From Escherichia phage DT57C, in the sequence record NC_027356.1: a DNA stretch of 64,000 nucleotides. One strand, 5' to 3'. Shown in pieces: positions 33,703 through 43,844 of the stretch. Position 1 is the first letter of the stretch, and each line of letters opens with the position of its first letter. The position numbers were made by a program, and so were the translations under genes. The notes below the pieces were generated by a model that made no database searches, was not told where the DNA came from, and was given only the letters and a program-made list of their open reading frames with translations.

Positions 33703-35521
33703 GACACTAAAATTTAGTAACGTTATGTCTTACGGTAAGGGCATCGTAATTCATTTCGATAAGAATCCAGTTACTCAACTAATTGGCGGCAATGGACTAG
33801 GGAAATCCACCATCGCTACGGTTATAGAAGAGCTATTCTATAATAAAAATTCTCGAGGTATCAAGAAGGATGCATTGTTCTCTTGGAATGCCCCTAGGAA
33901 AGAATACGATATGCACGCTTATTTCTCGAAAGATGATGATGAGTATGAGCTGCATAAAGTTGTCAAGTCAACTGCTAAAGTAACGTTGATTAAGAATGGG
34001 GAAGATATTAGTGGACATACGGCAACCCAAACATACAAGATGATTGAAGAGATTATGGGTGGTGATTTTCAAACATTCACCAAACTAATTTATCAATCAG
34101 TGGGTTCCAACCTAGATTTTCTAAAAGCAACGGATGCAACACGTAAGGCTTTTCTTGTTAACCTGTTTAACCAGGAACAATACAAAGAAATGTCGGAAAC
34201 TATTAAGGCTGACCGCAAAGAAATAGCAAATACCTTAAATAATTTGCAGGGCCAAATGGCTGTAATTACGAAAATCCTTAATGGAAAAAATAATCTAGGA
34301 ACCTTGCAGGAACCTGTAGAAGTACCGGAGTTTGATGAAGAACCATTAGCACAAGAACTTACTGAATCGAAAATTAAGGCGGCATTAGCCAAGTCACAAG
34401 AGGCTAATATTACTAAGTTGCGTAATTTGGACAAAGCTGTACAAGTTGCCGAACAATCTTTCGAACCTTTCAAAAATTTGCCCGCGCCCACCGACCAAAA
34501 TGAAGAGATCTCGAGTGTTACGCGTGACCTAACGATTGTGACCTCACGTGCGAGCGAAGTTAAGAAACGTTATCAGAAGTTCAAGCAAGAGGCTTCAAAT
34601 ACTGAATGCCCTACTTGCGGTACTCATCTGGATACAACTGCTGCTCAAAAAGCAATGGATATGGCTAGAACAGAATATGATCCTCTGTTCAAAGAGAAGC
34701 AATCTCTTGAAGCTAAGCTAGAACAGTTGAAGAAAGAACAACTTGAGTACGTTGCGTATACTAGAGCAAAGGATGCTTTGGATAAAGCAGTGGTAGCTAG
34801 AGACGAGTTCAAAAATTCAATGAGTGATGCTTCTTTTGAAGAACTCAATGTGCAAATCCTACAGGTGCAAATCCGACAATTAGAACAGGAAATCGCTGAT
34901 GGCCGCTCTAAGGTTGCAATTGCCAAAGAGCATAATGCAAATGTCGAATTAGCCAATGCAAAATATAAAGCAAAGCTAGAACAGATTGAGAAAGCTGAAG
35001 CAGAAATGTCTGAGATTACTTCCAAACTTGATGGAGTAGCCGAAGCTGTAGCTGATCTCGATATTCTAATTGCTGCATTGAAAAATCTGGTGGGATATAA
35101 ACTAGAACATAGTGTGAAAGTATTTGAAGAACTAATTAATAAATACCTTTCCATTATGACTGGCGGTAAATTCGCACTTGGATTTGAACTTGATGAAACA
35201 AAATTACAAGTAGTAATCTTCAATGATGGAAACCGTACCAGTATGGAGAACTGCTCTACTGGTCAGCAAAGTCGAATTAATCTAGCAACCCTGCTAGCTA
35301 TTCGGATGCTGTTAACCTCTATTAGTAAAGTTAATATTAATCTTCTATTCCTTGATGAAGTAATTAGCTTTATTGATACGAAAGGACTTGATACTCTCGT
35401 TGAACTATTAAATGAGGAAGAAAGTCTAAATTCTATCATTGTTTCTCACGGGCATACGCATCCATTGGCTCATAAGATTACTGTCAAGAAAGATGCAGAA
35501 GGATTTTCCTACTTAGAATAA
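33683..35521 (+). CDS. Rad50/SbcC-like ATPase
   Basis: Walker A IGGNGLGKST, long coiled coil with CPTCG zinc hook, C-terminal LLFLDEV. ATG at 33683 preferred over the track's 33602, which overlaps the upstream gene by 100 nt. Confidence 0.8.
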   Translation: MSKITIKTLKFSNVMSYGKGIVIHFDKNPVTQLIGGNGLGKSTIATVIEELFYNKNSRGIKKDALFSWNAPRKEYDMHAYFSKDDDEYELHKVVKSTAKVTLIKNGEDISGHTATQTYKMIEEIMGGDFQTFTKLIYQSVGSNLDFLKATDATRKAFLVNLFNQEQYKEMSETIKADRKEIANTLNNLQGQMAVITKILNGKNNLGTLQEPVEVPEFDEEPLAQELTESKIKAALAKSQEANITKLRNLDKAVQVAEQSFEPFKNLPAPTDQNEEISSVTRDLTIVTSRASEVKKRYQKFKQEASNTECPTCGTHLDTTAAQKAMDMARTEYDPLFKEKQSLEAKLEQLKKEQLEYVAYTRAKDALDKAVVARDEFKNSMSDASFEELNVQILQVQIRQLEQEIADGRSKVAIAKEHNANVELANAKYKAKLEQIEKAEAEMSEITSKLDGVAEAVADLDILIAALKNLVGYKLEHSVKVFEELINKYLSIMTGGKFALGFELDETKLQVVIFNDGNRTSMENCSTGQQSRINLATLLAIRMLLTSISKVNINLLFLDEVISFIDTKGLDTLVELLNEEESLNSIIVSHGHTHPLAHKITVKKDAEGFSYLE

Positions 35522-35524
35522 AAC

Positions 35525-36007
35525 ATGGCCGTAGATAGTAGAGAGAAAGGCAAACGTGGTGAATATCAGGTAAGAGATATTCTACGTGAGCGTACTGGTC
35601 TTGAGTGGGAACGTGTTCCAGGCTCTGGTGCTTTTGGCCAGAGCCACGGACTGAAAGGTGACATTTACCTTCCCCCACAAAGTGGACATATTAGTAAATA
35701 CTGCTTCGAAGTTAAGTGGTATAAAGACGACGCATTATCAAGTAATTTATTTAATGTTGGTGAATCCACTCTAGAGAAGTGGTGGCAGCAGTGCTCACGT
35801 GAAGGTGAGCAGATGAACTCCAAGCCCGCATTAATATTCAAAAAAGACAGAGGACAGTGGTTAATAGCTTTGGATAGCTCGGACCCGATGGTTGACAACT
35901 TAATGAGTCGTACCCATATGGTGTTAAATAAGAAAGATATGGAAATTGTAATAGGGTTGTTTGAACCGTGGCTACATCATGCATCTGTTGAGGACTTAAT
36001 TAAATAA
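35525..36007 (+). CDS. putative PD-(D/E)xK nuclease (Holliday-junction-resolvase-like)
   Basis: 160 aa; GKRGEYQVRDIL...GSG...GDIY...FEVK pattern; immediately downstream of the SbcCD-like pair. Confidence 0.45.
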   Translation: MAVDSREKGKRGEYQVRDILRERTGLEWERVPGSGAFGQSHGLKGDIYLPPQSGHISKYCFEVKWYKDDALSSNLFNVGESTLEKWWQQCSREGEQMNSKPALIFKKDRGQWLIALDSSDPMVDNLMSRTHMVLNKKDMEIVIGLFEPWLHHASVEDLIK

Positions 36008-36882
36008 TGAGTAAATCCTGGGGAAAATTTATTGAAGAAGAGGAAGCTGAAATGGCTTCCCGTCGTAACCTAATGATTGTCGATGGAACTAACTTAGGCT
36101 TTCGCTTCAAACATAATAATAGTAAGAAACCATTTGCCTCAAGTTATGTTTCCACTATTCAGTCTCTGGCAAAGTCTTATTCTGCTAGAACTACAATAGT
36201 TTTAGGGGATAAGGGGAAATCTGTATTTCGTCTAGAACATCTACCAGAGTATAAAGGTAATCGTGATGAAAAGTACGCACAACGTACAGAAGAAGAGAAA
36301 GCGCTAGATGAGCAGTTCTTTGAATATTTGAAAGATGCTTTCGAGTTGTGTGAAACTACATTCCCAACCTTCACTATTCGTGGTGTAGAAGCTGATGATA
36401 TGGCAGCTTATATTGTTAAGCTCATCGGGCATCTTTATGATCACGTTTGGTTGATTTCTACCGATGGTGACTGGGACACTTTATTAACAGATAAAGTTTC
36501 TCGTTTTTCTTTCACAACACGTCGTGAATATCATCTTCGTGATATGTATGAGCATCATAATGTTGACGATGTAGAGCAGTTTATTTCCCTGAAAGCAATT
36601 ATGGGAGATCTAGGGGATAATATCCGGGGTGTTGAAGGTATTGGGGCAAAACGCGGGTATAACATTATTCGTGAATTCGGTAATGTTCTGGATATTATTG
36701 ATCAGCTTCCACTACCTGGAAAACAGAAATATATACAGAATTTAAATGCTTCGGAAGAATTGCTCTACCGAAACCTAATTCTAGTTGATTTACCTACCTA
36801 CTGTGTGGATGCTATTGCTGCTGTGGGTCAAGACGTATTAGATAAGTTTACAAAAGATATTTTGGAGATTGCAGAACAATGA
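36007..36882 (+). CDS. flap endonuclease / 5'-3' exonuclease (T5 D15-like)
   Basis: 291 aa; FEN family features (MIVDGTNLGFR, acidic metal-binding clusters, H3TH-like GVEGIGAKRG). Confidence 0.9.
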   Translation: MSKSWGKFIEEEEAEMASRRNLMIVDGTNLGFRFKHNNSKKPFASSYVSTIQSLAKSYSARTTIVLGDKGKSVFRLEHLPEYKGNRDEKYAQRTEEEKALDEQFFEYLKDAFELCETTFPTFTIRGVEADDMAAYIVKLIGHLYDHVWLISTDGDWDTLLTDKVSRFSFTTRREYHLRDMYEHHNVDDVEQFISLKAIMGDLGDNIRGVEGIGAKRGYNIIREFGNVLDIIDQLPLPGKQKYIQNLNASEELLYRNLILVDLPTYCVDAIAAVGQDVLDKFTKDILEIAEQ

Positions 36883-37325
36883 TTAAAATTAAGTTAACTC
36901 ATCCAGATTGTATGCCTAAGATTGGCTCTGAAGATGCCGCAGGCATGGATCTGCGAGCATTCTTTGGTACTAACCCTGCTGCAGATTTACGTGCTATTGC
37001 ACCAGGCAAATCCTTAATGATTGACACCGGTGTCGCGGTAGAAATTCCGCGAGGTTGGTTCGGTTTGGTGGTTCCGCGTAGTTCTTTAGGAAAGCGTCAT
37101 CTGATGATTGCAAATACCGCGGGGGTGATTGATTCAGACTATCGTGGTACTATTAAGATGAACCTTTATAACTACGGTTCTGAAATTCAAACTCTGGAGA
37201 ATTTTGAAAGACTTTGCCAGTTAGTGGTACTACCGCACTACTCAACCCATAATTTTAAAATCGTTGACAAACTAGAGGAGACTGATCGTGGAGAAGGTGG
37301 ATTTGGAAGCTCAGGAAGTAAGTAA
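36879..37325 (+). CDS. dut: dUTP pyrophosphatase
   Basis: 148 aa; dUTPase motifs AAGMDLRA, GVIDSDYRGT, RGEGGFGSSG. Confidence 0.9.
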   Translation: MIKIKLTHPDCMPKIGSEDAAGMDLRAFFGTNPAADLRAIAPGKSLMIDTGVAVEIPRGWFGLVVPRSSLGKRHLMIANTAGVIDSDYRGTIKMNLYNYGSEIQTLENFERLCQLVVLPHYSTHNFKIVDKLEETDRGEGGFGSSGSK

Positions 37326-37560
37326 TTTTACTGATCCTAATGGGGTAGACTTAGACTTAGCTGAACCTACTAATTTCTATCATGTGGCTGTTGCTCAGCC
37401 TGATCTTAACAAAATTGTACTTAAAGTCGATATGTTTGGTAATGTGGAACATTGGGATGAGGAAGGATTCTTGAACTTATGTAATGAGTCTCAAGACCCA
37501 ACTCTCAAAGCCCTGTTAGCCGTATACAATTTAGGTATTATCAAAGGAAGTAAAGATTAA
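37288..37560 (+). CDS. hypothetical protein (90 aa), GTG start
   Basis: GAGGAG RBS 7 nt before GTG; overlaps the dut 3' end. Confidence 0.4.
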   Translation: MEKVDLEAQEVSNFTDPNGVDLDLAEPTNFYHVAVAQPDLNKIVLKVDMFGNVEHWDEEGFLNLCNESQDPTLKALLAVYNLGIIKGSKD

Positions 37561-37565
37561 TAAAA

Positions 37566-37600
37566 AACCCCCAGTGGACAATCCACTGGGGGTTTTTTAT
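37566..37600. terminator. bidirectional rho-independent terminator between early and late blocks
   Basis: Hairpin cccccagtgg-acaa-tccactggggg flanked by A-run upstream and T-run downstream. Confidence 0.7.
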
Positions 37601-37782
37601 TTATTTACCTACCTTTAACTCAGCAATCTCGGCTTACGTTGCCTAGATATTCGGTATCAACGTTTACACAGTGTGCGTCGTATTCCACAGCATGAGATGT
37701 GTATAGAGTTCCTTCTGCTCCAGTAAGTACCACCTGGCTAACACCCGCATACTTACCGGAGCCTTTCAGCGCCTTGAGTGAA

Positions 37783-40149
37783 TTATTTCGCTGCCTTCAG
37801 CGCGGCTATCTCTGCCTTCAAATCCTCGATTTGCTTATTGAGATACTGCACACAACCCATCAAATCCATAACGATCGGGTTTACATCCACCGACGGCCTG
37901 TCGCGGGTCTTACCACCGATAATAGCGTTAGTCTCTGGGTCCACCTCCACATCGTACGTCTCTTCTCGATGTTTGATGTATTGAGGTGCAATCGCTTCAG
38001 CCTCCTCGGCAATTATGCCGAAGCGGACGCGCTCCTGCACATCGTCCTTATACACGTAGTTCACCATGCGCATTTGTTCAATACGTGCAACCGCTTCTGT
38101 AACGTCTGCATTGACAATATCTTTCTTAAAGTCCCGCCCCGATGTGCCTTGCAAGGCAAGAACACCACCAGATGAAGGCCAGTTGATTGTAATGCCAGTG
38201 CCGTTTCCCTTCTCAAAATATTTATAGATCTGGTTACTATTGATATTAACCGAATCCCACATCGTGCGGAAATTACCAGCCGGGACTGAATCTTTTGCGT
38301 TGTGTAGAACGAAAGACTTCACCGGACCGTCGGTAGTCGGGCGAATGGTTATATCACGGGCCCACACTACTCCGCCTGTTCCCGCTCCGGGGATCTCCAC
38401 GACGGTATCTCGGTACGCGCCCGACGCGTCATATGATTGCAACTTAAAATTGCCCGAAGCGTCGTTAATCCCCATACGCCAGCGTACTTTATCGGCGGAA
38501 TCCGCCCAACATACACCGTCAAAATCGGAGTTCACCGAGTTCACAACTATACTATTCGGTATAGTTAGTTTACCTGTTTCGTCAAAATCCAGATTCGCGC
38601 TTCTTTGTGTGGTACTGTTCGTTACGGAAATACGAGCAGAATAGTTACCGCCGATATCGGCACGGGCACAGAAACTAGCTTCAGCCTCATTGGCGCCACT
38701 AATCTTGTACAATGAGAATATGTTACCACCTTGAGCAATTGTGCCGTTAGCTGGACGTGTCGCATCACCATTGATCACACTCCAAGACGTATTCGCCGCC
38801 ACGAACCCGCCTGACGCTCGAATAACCCACACACCCATGAAGTTATTTGGACGCAACTCCGTTACGGTCCGACCATAGATCGCGCTGACCCTCGAGGCGT
38901 CCAGGTTAATGATGCCGTAGGAGACCGCGCCGCTACTAACAGTTAGGTTGCTTGGCGTCCGATATTGCGAATCCGCGCCACCAGACCCATGGAACGCGCC
39001 ACTTTCACCGTTGATAATACTTGCGGACCCGCCGCCGTGTAATTCGACGCGGCCTGTGATGTTAGGTGCTCCTGATTCGTAGATATACCCATCGTTGCCA
39101 CTTTGCCCGCCGTCCCCCCGGCAGAACAAGCCGAATATTGACCCAGGCTGAACACCATTACGGTCTGGCACTCGGAAGGTCGTTGTGCCGTCACCAGTAG
39201 AATACTTGCCGCGCTGATTTGGGTTAGCCAGCCAGGTAGCGTCACTAATTGGCGATAGCATTTGCGCATACGCCCAGAGTTCGGGCCAGTCAGCACGATT
39301 CAACAACTGACCATCACTCACCACCTCGTACGGCTGAATGTATGCGCGACTATCCCGCAGGTGAAAGTCACCTACCCCATAGTTCATAACGCCATTCATG
39401 GTAGGTCCAACTGTACCAGTGTTAATCTTATTCTCTACCCAACGTTTGGTTACAGCATCGTAGTCCCCCACAGGGTCCCCCGCAAGAGGGGTGGACCCTT
39501 GTGGTCTTACAACGTCCCATAAAGCTTCTCTATTATTTACCCCGGTACCCCCTTGTTCAACCGGGAGTGCTAACCACTCATTCTCTGTATCACTATAAAC
39601 TCCCCAAGTACCATTATTTTGAATAGTTAATCTAGAATTCTTATCACCACTGTAGATTATGGTTTCTGTTTCGGACTCCTGACTAAATCTATCGAGTTCC
39701 AGTGCGGTTTTAGCCCCCTCTAGTGTAGAAGAACCAGTACCACCTTGAGCAATCGTAATAGCCTTAGTAAGCGCATTTAATTCTGTAATATCATTATTAG
39801 CACCTTTAGCAGCTTTAGCTTCGAGACTGGTATCAACTTCATCTAGCTTAGTATTAATACCTTCAATAGAGGTATTAATGCCGCCTAAAGCGGTATTAAT
39901 ATTACCAACAGACTCGTTAATACTGCCAATAGATGTATCGATTCCATCAATACGAGTATCAATTCCAGTTAAACGAGTATTTAATTCTTCTTTATCTATA
40001 GTGTAGTTAGATATTTGAAGATACTTGGAGGTTAGTGCAACAGCACCAGCCTCCCCATCAACAGAGAAAACGCCTGCAACCGCAGCATCTCTGTTAACTA
40101 CAACGTATGGCGCCATTGCGCCGGATTTAGGCATTAATGGTCTAGACAT
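37783..40149 (-). CDS. lateral tail fibre protein with C-terminal intramolecular chaperone domain (LtfB-like)
   Basis: 788 aa; C-terminal block (RVRFGIIAEEAE...PSVDVNPIVMDLMGCVQ...coiled coil) typical of autoproteolytic fibre chaperones; shares a ~100-aa central block with the adjacent fibre gene. Confidence 0.75.
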   Translation of the reverse strand: MSRPLMPKSGAMAPYVVVNRDAAVAGVFSVDGEAGAVALTSKYLQISNYTIDKEELNTRLTGIDTRIDGIDTSIGSINESVGNINTALGGINTSIEGINTKLDEVDTSLEAKAAKGANNDITELNALTKAITIAQGGTGSSTLEGAKTALELDRFSQESETETIIYSGDKNSRLTIQNNGTWGVYSDTENEWLALPVEQGGTGVNNREALWDVVRPQGSTPLAGDPVGDYDAVTKRWVENKINTGTVGPTMNGVMNYGVGDFHLRDSRAYIQPYEVVSDGQLLNRADWPELWAYAQMLSPISDATWLANPNQRGKYSTGDGTTTFRVPDRNGVQPGSIFGLFCRGDGGQSGNDGYIYESGAPNITGRVELHGGGSASIINGESGAFHGSGGADSQYRTPSNLTVSSGAVSYGIINLDASRVSAIYGRTVTELRPNNFMGVWVIRASGGFVAANTSWSVINGDATRPANGTIAQGGNIFSLYKISGANEAEASFCARADIGGNYSARISVTNSTTQRSANLDFDETGKLTIPNSIVVNSVNSDFDGVCWADSADKVRWRMGINDASGNFKLQSYDASGAYRDTVVEIPGAGTGGVVWARDITIRPTTDGPVKSFVLHNAKDSVPAGNFRTMWDSVNINSNQIYKYFEKGNGTGITINWPSSGGVLALQGTSGRDFKKDIVNADVTEAVARIEQMRMVNYVYKDDVQERVRFGIIAEEAEAIAPQYIKHREETYDVEVDPETNAIIGGKTRDRPSVDVNPIVMDLMGCVQYLNKQIEDLKAEIAALKAAK

Positions 40150-40154
40150 TTTAT

Positions 40155-40190
40155 TACCTTGTAGGAGGGCCGAAGCCCCTTTCTTTTTTA
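40155..40190. terminator. GC hairpin with T-tract on the plus strand (possible terminator)
   Basis: gggc-cgaa-gccc followed by tttctttttt; orientation ambiguous. Confidence 0.3.
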
Positions 40191-43100
40191 TTCCTTAGAT
40201 TCTAGTTCTGCAATACGCGCTTCCAGAGCCGCTATTTTTGCATTAAGCGCCTGAACACACCCCATCAGGTCCATGACGATTGGGTTGACGTCGACGGAAG
40301 GTCTGTCCCTTGTCTTCTCGCCAATCTTATTCCCTTCTTCGTCAAGAATGTCCTCGTAAGATACCTGATTATGTTTGATGTATTGCGGAGCGATCAACTC
40401 TGCTTCTTCAGCAATCACACCGAATCGAACACGTTCTTGTTCATCATCTTTGTAGACGAAGTTTACAAGGCGTTGCCCGTTAATTCGGTCCATAGCCTCT
40501 TGGGCATCAGCGTCTGTAACATCCTTTTTGTACTCAATGCCCGACGTACCTTGTAGCGCGATGGCCCCGCCGGTGGTTGGGAACGAGACGATGATCTGCC
40601 CCGCTTGGTTGCCATCCCCGCGTCGCCTGATAAGGTTAACGCCAGACACATTCCCATCTGTACCAGATACCTCAATAATCGTACTCCCGCCGATCTGCGT
40701 AGCAGGTGTGTTATACCGATTTGATTTAAAGTTTATGCCAGGCCATCCCTGGTTCTGGATAGTAAGATTACCATCGGAGTAAATTGCTCCCTTAGAGTGC
40801 AGGTTTTCCGCTGAGAAAGTGCCTAGATCATTAAAGTCGTAAACGGCGGTGCGGTTGGCGGTGGCGTTATAAACGTTCAAACGTGCGTAGTGTTCAGCCC
40901 CGATCTGCGCTCGTATACGCCAGCTCATTTGCGCTTCTCTAACGCCGTTAACGTTATAACGTGAAATGATTTCGCCGCCGTCAGCAGTTGTACCGTCAGC
41001 TGGACGCGTCGCATCACCGTTAATCACAGACCACGACGTATTCGCAGCAACAAATCCGCCCGATGCACGAATCACCCAAACGCCAGTGAATGCTTTGGGT
41101 CTGACTTCTGTTGAACCTCTACCATAGACTGGGCTTGAATTTGATGCGAAGAATTCAAACCCAGAAGGATACGTCGCTGCAGTACCGTCAGCTGCAGATA
41201 TCTCTGACAACCTTTTATATTTTGCTTGTGATAAGACAGCAGAGAATGCACCTGTCCCTGTGTTGGCTTCATAAATAGTGCCTGTTGACGCGTAAACCAA
41301 TCGGCCAAATGAGCCTGTAATGTTTGGTGCAGCACTGTCAAGAATGGTCCCACCAGTAGATGACGCCCCGCCATCACCACGCCCAAACAGTGCAGATATT
41401 GAACCTGTTTGAACGCCGTTTCTGTCGGGCACACGGAAAGTCGTTGAGCCATCGCCAAGAGAATACTGACCGCGCTTTGTTGGGTCAGCAAGCCAATCAG
41501 CATCAGAAATAGGGGAAAGCATTTGAGCATAAGCCCACAACTCAGGCCAATCAGCCCTGTTAAGAAGCTGGCCATCAGAAACTACCTCATAAGGTTGAAT
41601 ATACGCACGGCTATCACGAAGGTGGAAATCACCTACACCATAGTTCATGACACCATTCATTGTTGGCCCTACTGTACCGGTGTTAATCTTATTCTCTACC
41701 CAACGCTTAGTAACAGCATCGTAGTCGCCAACAGGATCACCAGCCAGCGGCGTGGAGCCAATCGGACGCACGTTAAGCCATGCGGCAGCACGATCTGCCA
41801 AATCCGAAAGGTTATTAGCTTTTAATAAGTAATCAGTATCTGACTGAGTTTTAGCGTCTGCTAAAGCAGAATCAACCTCCACCTTAGTATACGTGGTAGC
41901 AATATCAGCCTTATCTGCTAAAGCAGAATCAACTTCCGTCTTAGTATACGTGGTAGCAATATCAGCCTTATCTGCTAAAGCAGAATCAACCTCCGTAGTA
42001 CTATATAACTCGAGGGCTATACGGGCGTCTTCTTTAGTTGTTGCACCAGTACCGCCTTGGTTAATACTAACAGTACCTTGTAGTGAGGTATCAATTTCAA
42101 CGTTACCAGTTATAGCATCTGGAGAGATACCATTAACTGTCACAACATAAGGAATCTGATCTTTAATAACGCCAGCATCTTCTTCGCCTTTAGTTGGTGC
42201 ACGGAATGCCTGTCCTTGCATCATATCTGGTAGACGGAAGGTTGTGGAGCCATCACCCGTAGAGAAGTAAAGAGACGCACCGGCTTGCCATTCAGCTTCT
42301 GATACAGAAGGAATTAAGCCAGCCTCAATAGCCTCCCAAGTATCTGGATAGTCTACACGAAGAACTTCACGGCCATCAGCAGGAAGAACACCAGGGTAGC
42401 CAACACCTGAATCTTTATCATAAGGGAACCAAGTAACTTCACCCAGCCATAAAGAGGGGTTACCACCAGGAAGAGTAATCTGTACGTTACCTGCGTCATC
42501 TGCACGAACGTTGTTAACAGAAGTTAGCTTTTGCTCTGTTTCTACTAACTCTAATACTGGAGTCTCAGCAGTTCCAGCTACTTTGTACCACCCATATTTT
42601 GAGTTAGTTTGGTTCCAGACTAGAACCTTTTCGTCTAGCACACGGTTTACAACATCAGCATCAGCTTCTGCTTTAGTCTTATAAACTTTGATAAAACCAG
42701 AAATATCTACTTTATCAAGTTTACTATCAACAATCTGAGTTGCACGATCTGCCTCAGCTTTAGCACGATCTGCCTCAGTAGTAGCATCGATAGCTTTATC
42801 ACCGGCTTCAGTAGCAGAACCAGCAGCATTAGTTTCAGAAATCTTAGCGTTTAGTTCTGATTGCCTTGCAGCAGCAGCATGTTCGCCAGCAGTGGTAGCA
42901 GCAGCATCAGCCCCATCTTTAGCTGTTTCAGCACCAGTCTTAGCAGCTTCTGCAGCTGTTTGAGCTTGTTGCGCAGCTGTTTTAGCTTGTTCAGCTAGTA
43001 AACGACTTTGTTCAGCATTCTGCGCTGCCAATTCTGCAGAGTCTCTAAATCCCTCTGATTCTTGCGCAGAAGCTGCAGAATTATCTGCACTACCCTTAGA

Positions 43101-43418
43101 TAAACCAGCTTGCCTTTCAGATTCAGCAGCAGAAGCCGCTGATTGAGAAGCAGATTCCTCAGAAGCTCCAGCAGAAATAGCAGCTTCATTTTCAGAATCC
43201 TTTGCATTTAGTTCAGATTCTTTTGCTGCTATTTCAGAACCTTTAGCAGCAGCAGCGGATCCTGCAGAGGCCTCTACAGCAGCAGTTAATTCACCAGCAG
43301 TAATAGAACTAATAGAATTACCTAAAACTACTGTATATTTAGGATACTTACTAGCAGTAGTTGTAGTGTCATCTATGTTCAGAATCTGCTGTACAATAAT
43401 TTTAGTTTTAAGTGCCAT
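40188..43418 (-). CDS. L-shaped lateral tail fibre protein (pb1/LtfA-like) with C-terminal chaperone domain
   Basis: 1076 aa; Ala/Glu/Ser-rich N-terminal repeats, internal tandem 19-aa repeats, same C-terminal chaperone block as the neighbouring fibre. Confidence 0.75.
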   Translation of the reverse strand: MALKTKIIVQQILNIDDTTTTASKYPKYTVVLGNSISSITAGELTAAVEASAGSAAAAKGSEIAAKESELNAKDSENEAAISAGASEESASQSAASAAESERQAGLSKGSADNSAASAQESEGFRDSAELAAQNAEQSRLLAEQAKTAAQQAQTAAEAAKTGAETAKDGADAAATTAGEHAAAARQSELNAKISETNAAGSATEAGDKAIDATTEADRAKAEADRATQIVDSKLDKVDISGFIKVYKTKAEADADVVNRVLDEKVLVWNQTNSKYGWYKVAGTAETPVLELVETEQKLTSVNNVRADDAGNVQITLPGGNPSLWLGEVTWFPYDKDSGVGYPGVLPADGREVLRVDYPDTWEAIEAGLIPSVSEAEWQAGASLYFSTGDGSTTFRLPDMMQGQAFRAPTKGEEDAGVIKDQIPYVVTVNGISPDAITGNVEIDTSLQGTVSINQGGTGATTKEDARIALELYSTTEVDSALADKADIATTYTKTEVDSALADKADIATTYTKVEVDSALADAKTQSDTDYLLKANNLSDLADRAAAWLNVRPIGSTPLAGDPVGDYDAVTKRWVENKINTGTVGPTMNGVMNYGVGDFHLRDSRAYIQPYEVVSDGQLLNRADWPELWAYAQMLSPISDADWLADPTKRGQYSLGDGSTTFRVPDRNGVQTGSISALFGRGDGGASSTGGTILDSAAPNITGSFGRLVYASTGTIYEANTGTGAFSAVLSQAKYKRLSEISAADGTAATYPSGFEFFASNSSPVYGRGSTEVRPKAFTGVWVIRASGGFVAANTSWSVINGDATRPADGTTADGGEIISRYNVNGVREAQMSWRIRAQIGAEHYARLNVYNATANRTAVYDFNDLGTFSAENLHSKGAIYSDGNLTIQNQGWPGINFKSNRYNTPATQIGGSTIIEVSGTDGNVSGVNLIRRRGDGNQAGQIIVSFPTTGGAIALQGTSGIEYKKDVTDADAQEAMDRINGQRLVNFVYKDDEQERVRFGVIAEEAELIAPQYIKHNQVSYEDILDEEGNKIGEKTRDRPSVDVNPIVMDLMGCVQALNAKIAALEARIAELESKE
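41855..42000. repeat. tandem 57-bp repeats (about 2.5 copies) inside the fibre gene
   Basis: cttagtatacgtggtagcaatatcagccttatctgctaaagcagaatcaac... recurs at 41883 and 41940; encodes TEVDSALADKADIATTYTK repeats. Confidence 0.85.
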
Positions 43419-43840
43419 TATTGAGTTACTCCATCGCTGATGTATACTTTACCTTCCATAATACGGAAAGAACTGACTTCAGAGCCAATTACATCACGAG
43501 TCATTAGGATATCATAATAACCCGCAAAGCGTTGTCTTGGGTTATACTTATCACGTTCTTTAGATGCTTTTTCACCAATATTAGTAACGTCTGCAACGGA
43601 AAGACTAATTGCAGCAGCACCTTGAGCAGCATCAATAATACTAGTAGTAAAAGATGCCAAAGTTTCCGCGTTCTCGTCTAAGCTAGACTTAATAGTTCCA
43701 CGAAGTGAATAACCTGTTAGATTAACAGGTATTTCAGAAGGAGGGTATACACTATCATCAACATCCATAAATTGCATGATAAGACCATAAGGCACTTTCT
43801 CATCAACAACAATATCAATTACTCTATTTTCAGTACTCAT
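43418..43840 (-). CDS. hypothetical tail/baseplate protein (140 aa)
   Basis: ORF in the tail module, start overlapping the upstream stop. Confidence 0.5.
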   Translation of the reverse strand: MSTENRVIDIVVDEKVPYGLIMQFMDVDDSVYPPSEIPVNLTGYSLRGTIKSSLDENAETLASFTTSIIDAAQGAAAISLSVADVTNIGEKASKERDKYNPRQRFAGYYDILMTRDVIGSEVSSFRIMEGKVYISDGVTQ

Positions 43841-43844
43841 TATT

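Noticed and set aside
34645-35223. Minus-strand 192-aa ORF inside the SbcC-like gene
   Set aside because: It is a Ser/Ala-rich low-complexity antisense frame of the coiled-coil region and lies in the plus-strand early block.
37699-38644. Plus-strand ORFs (158, 68 and 134 aa) opposite the tail-fibre gene
   Set aside because: They are antisense to a well-supported 788-aa fibre gene, and the bidirectional terminator at 37566-37600 precedes them.
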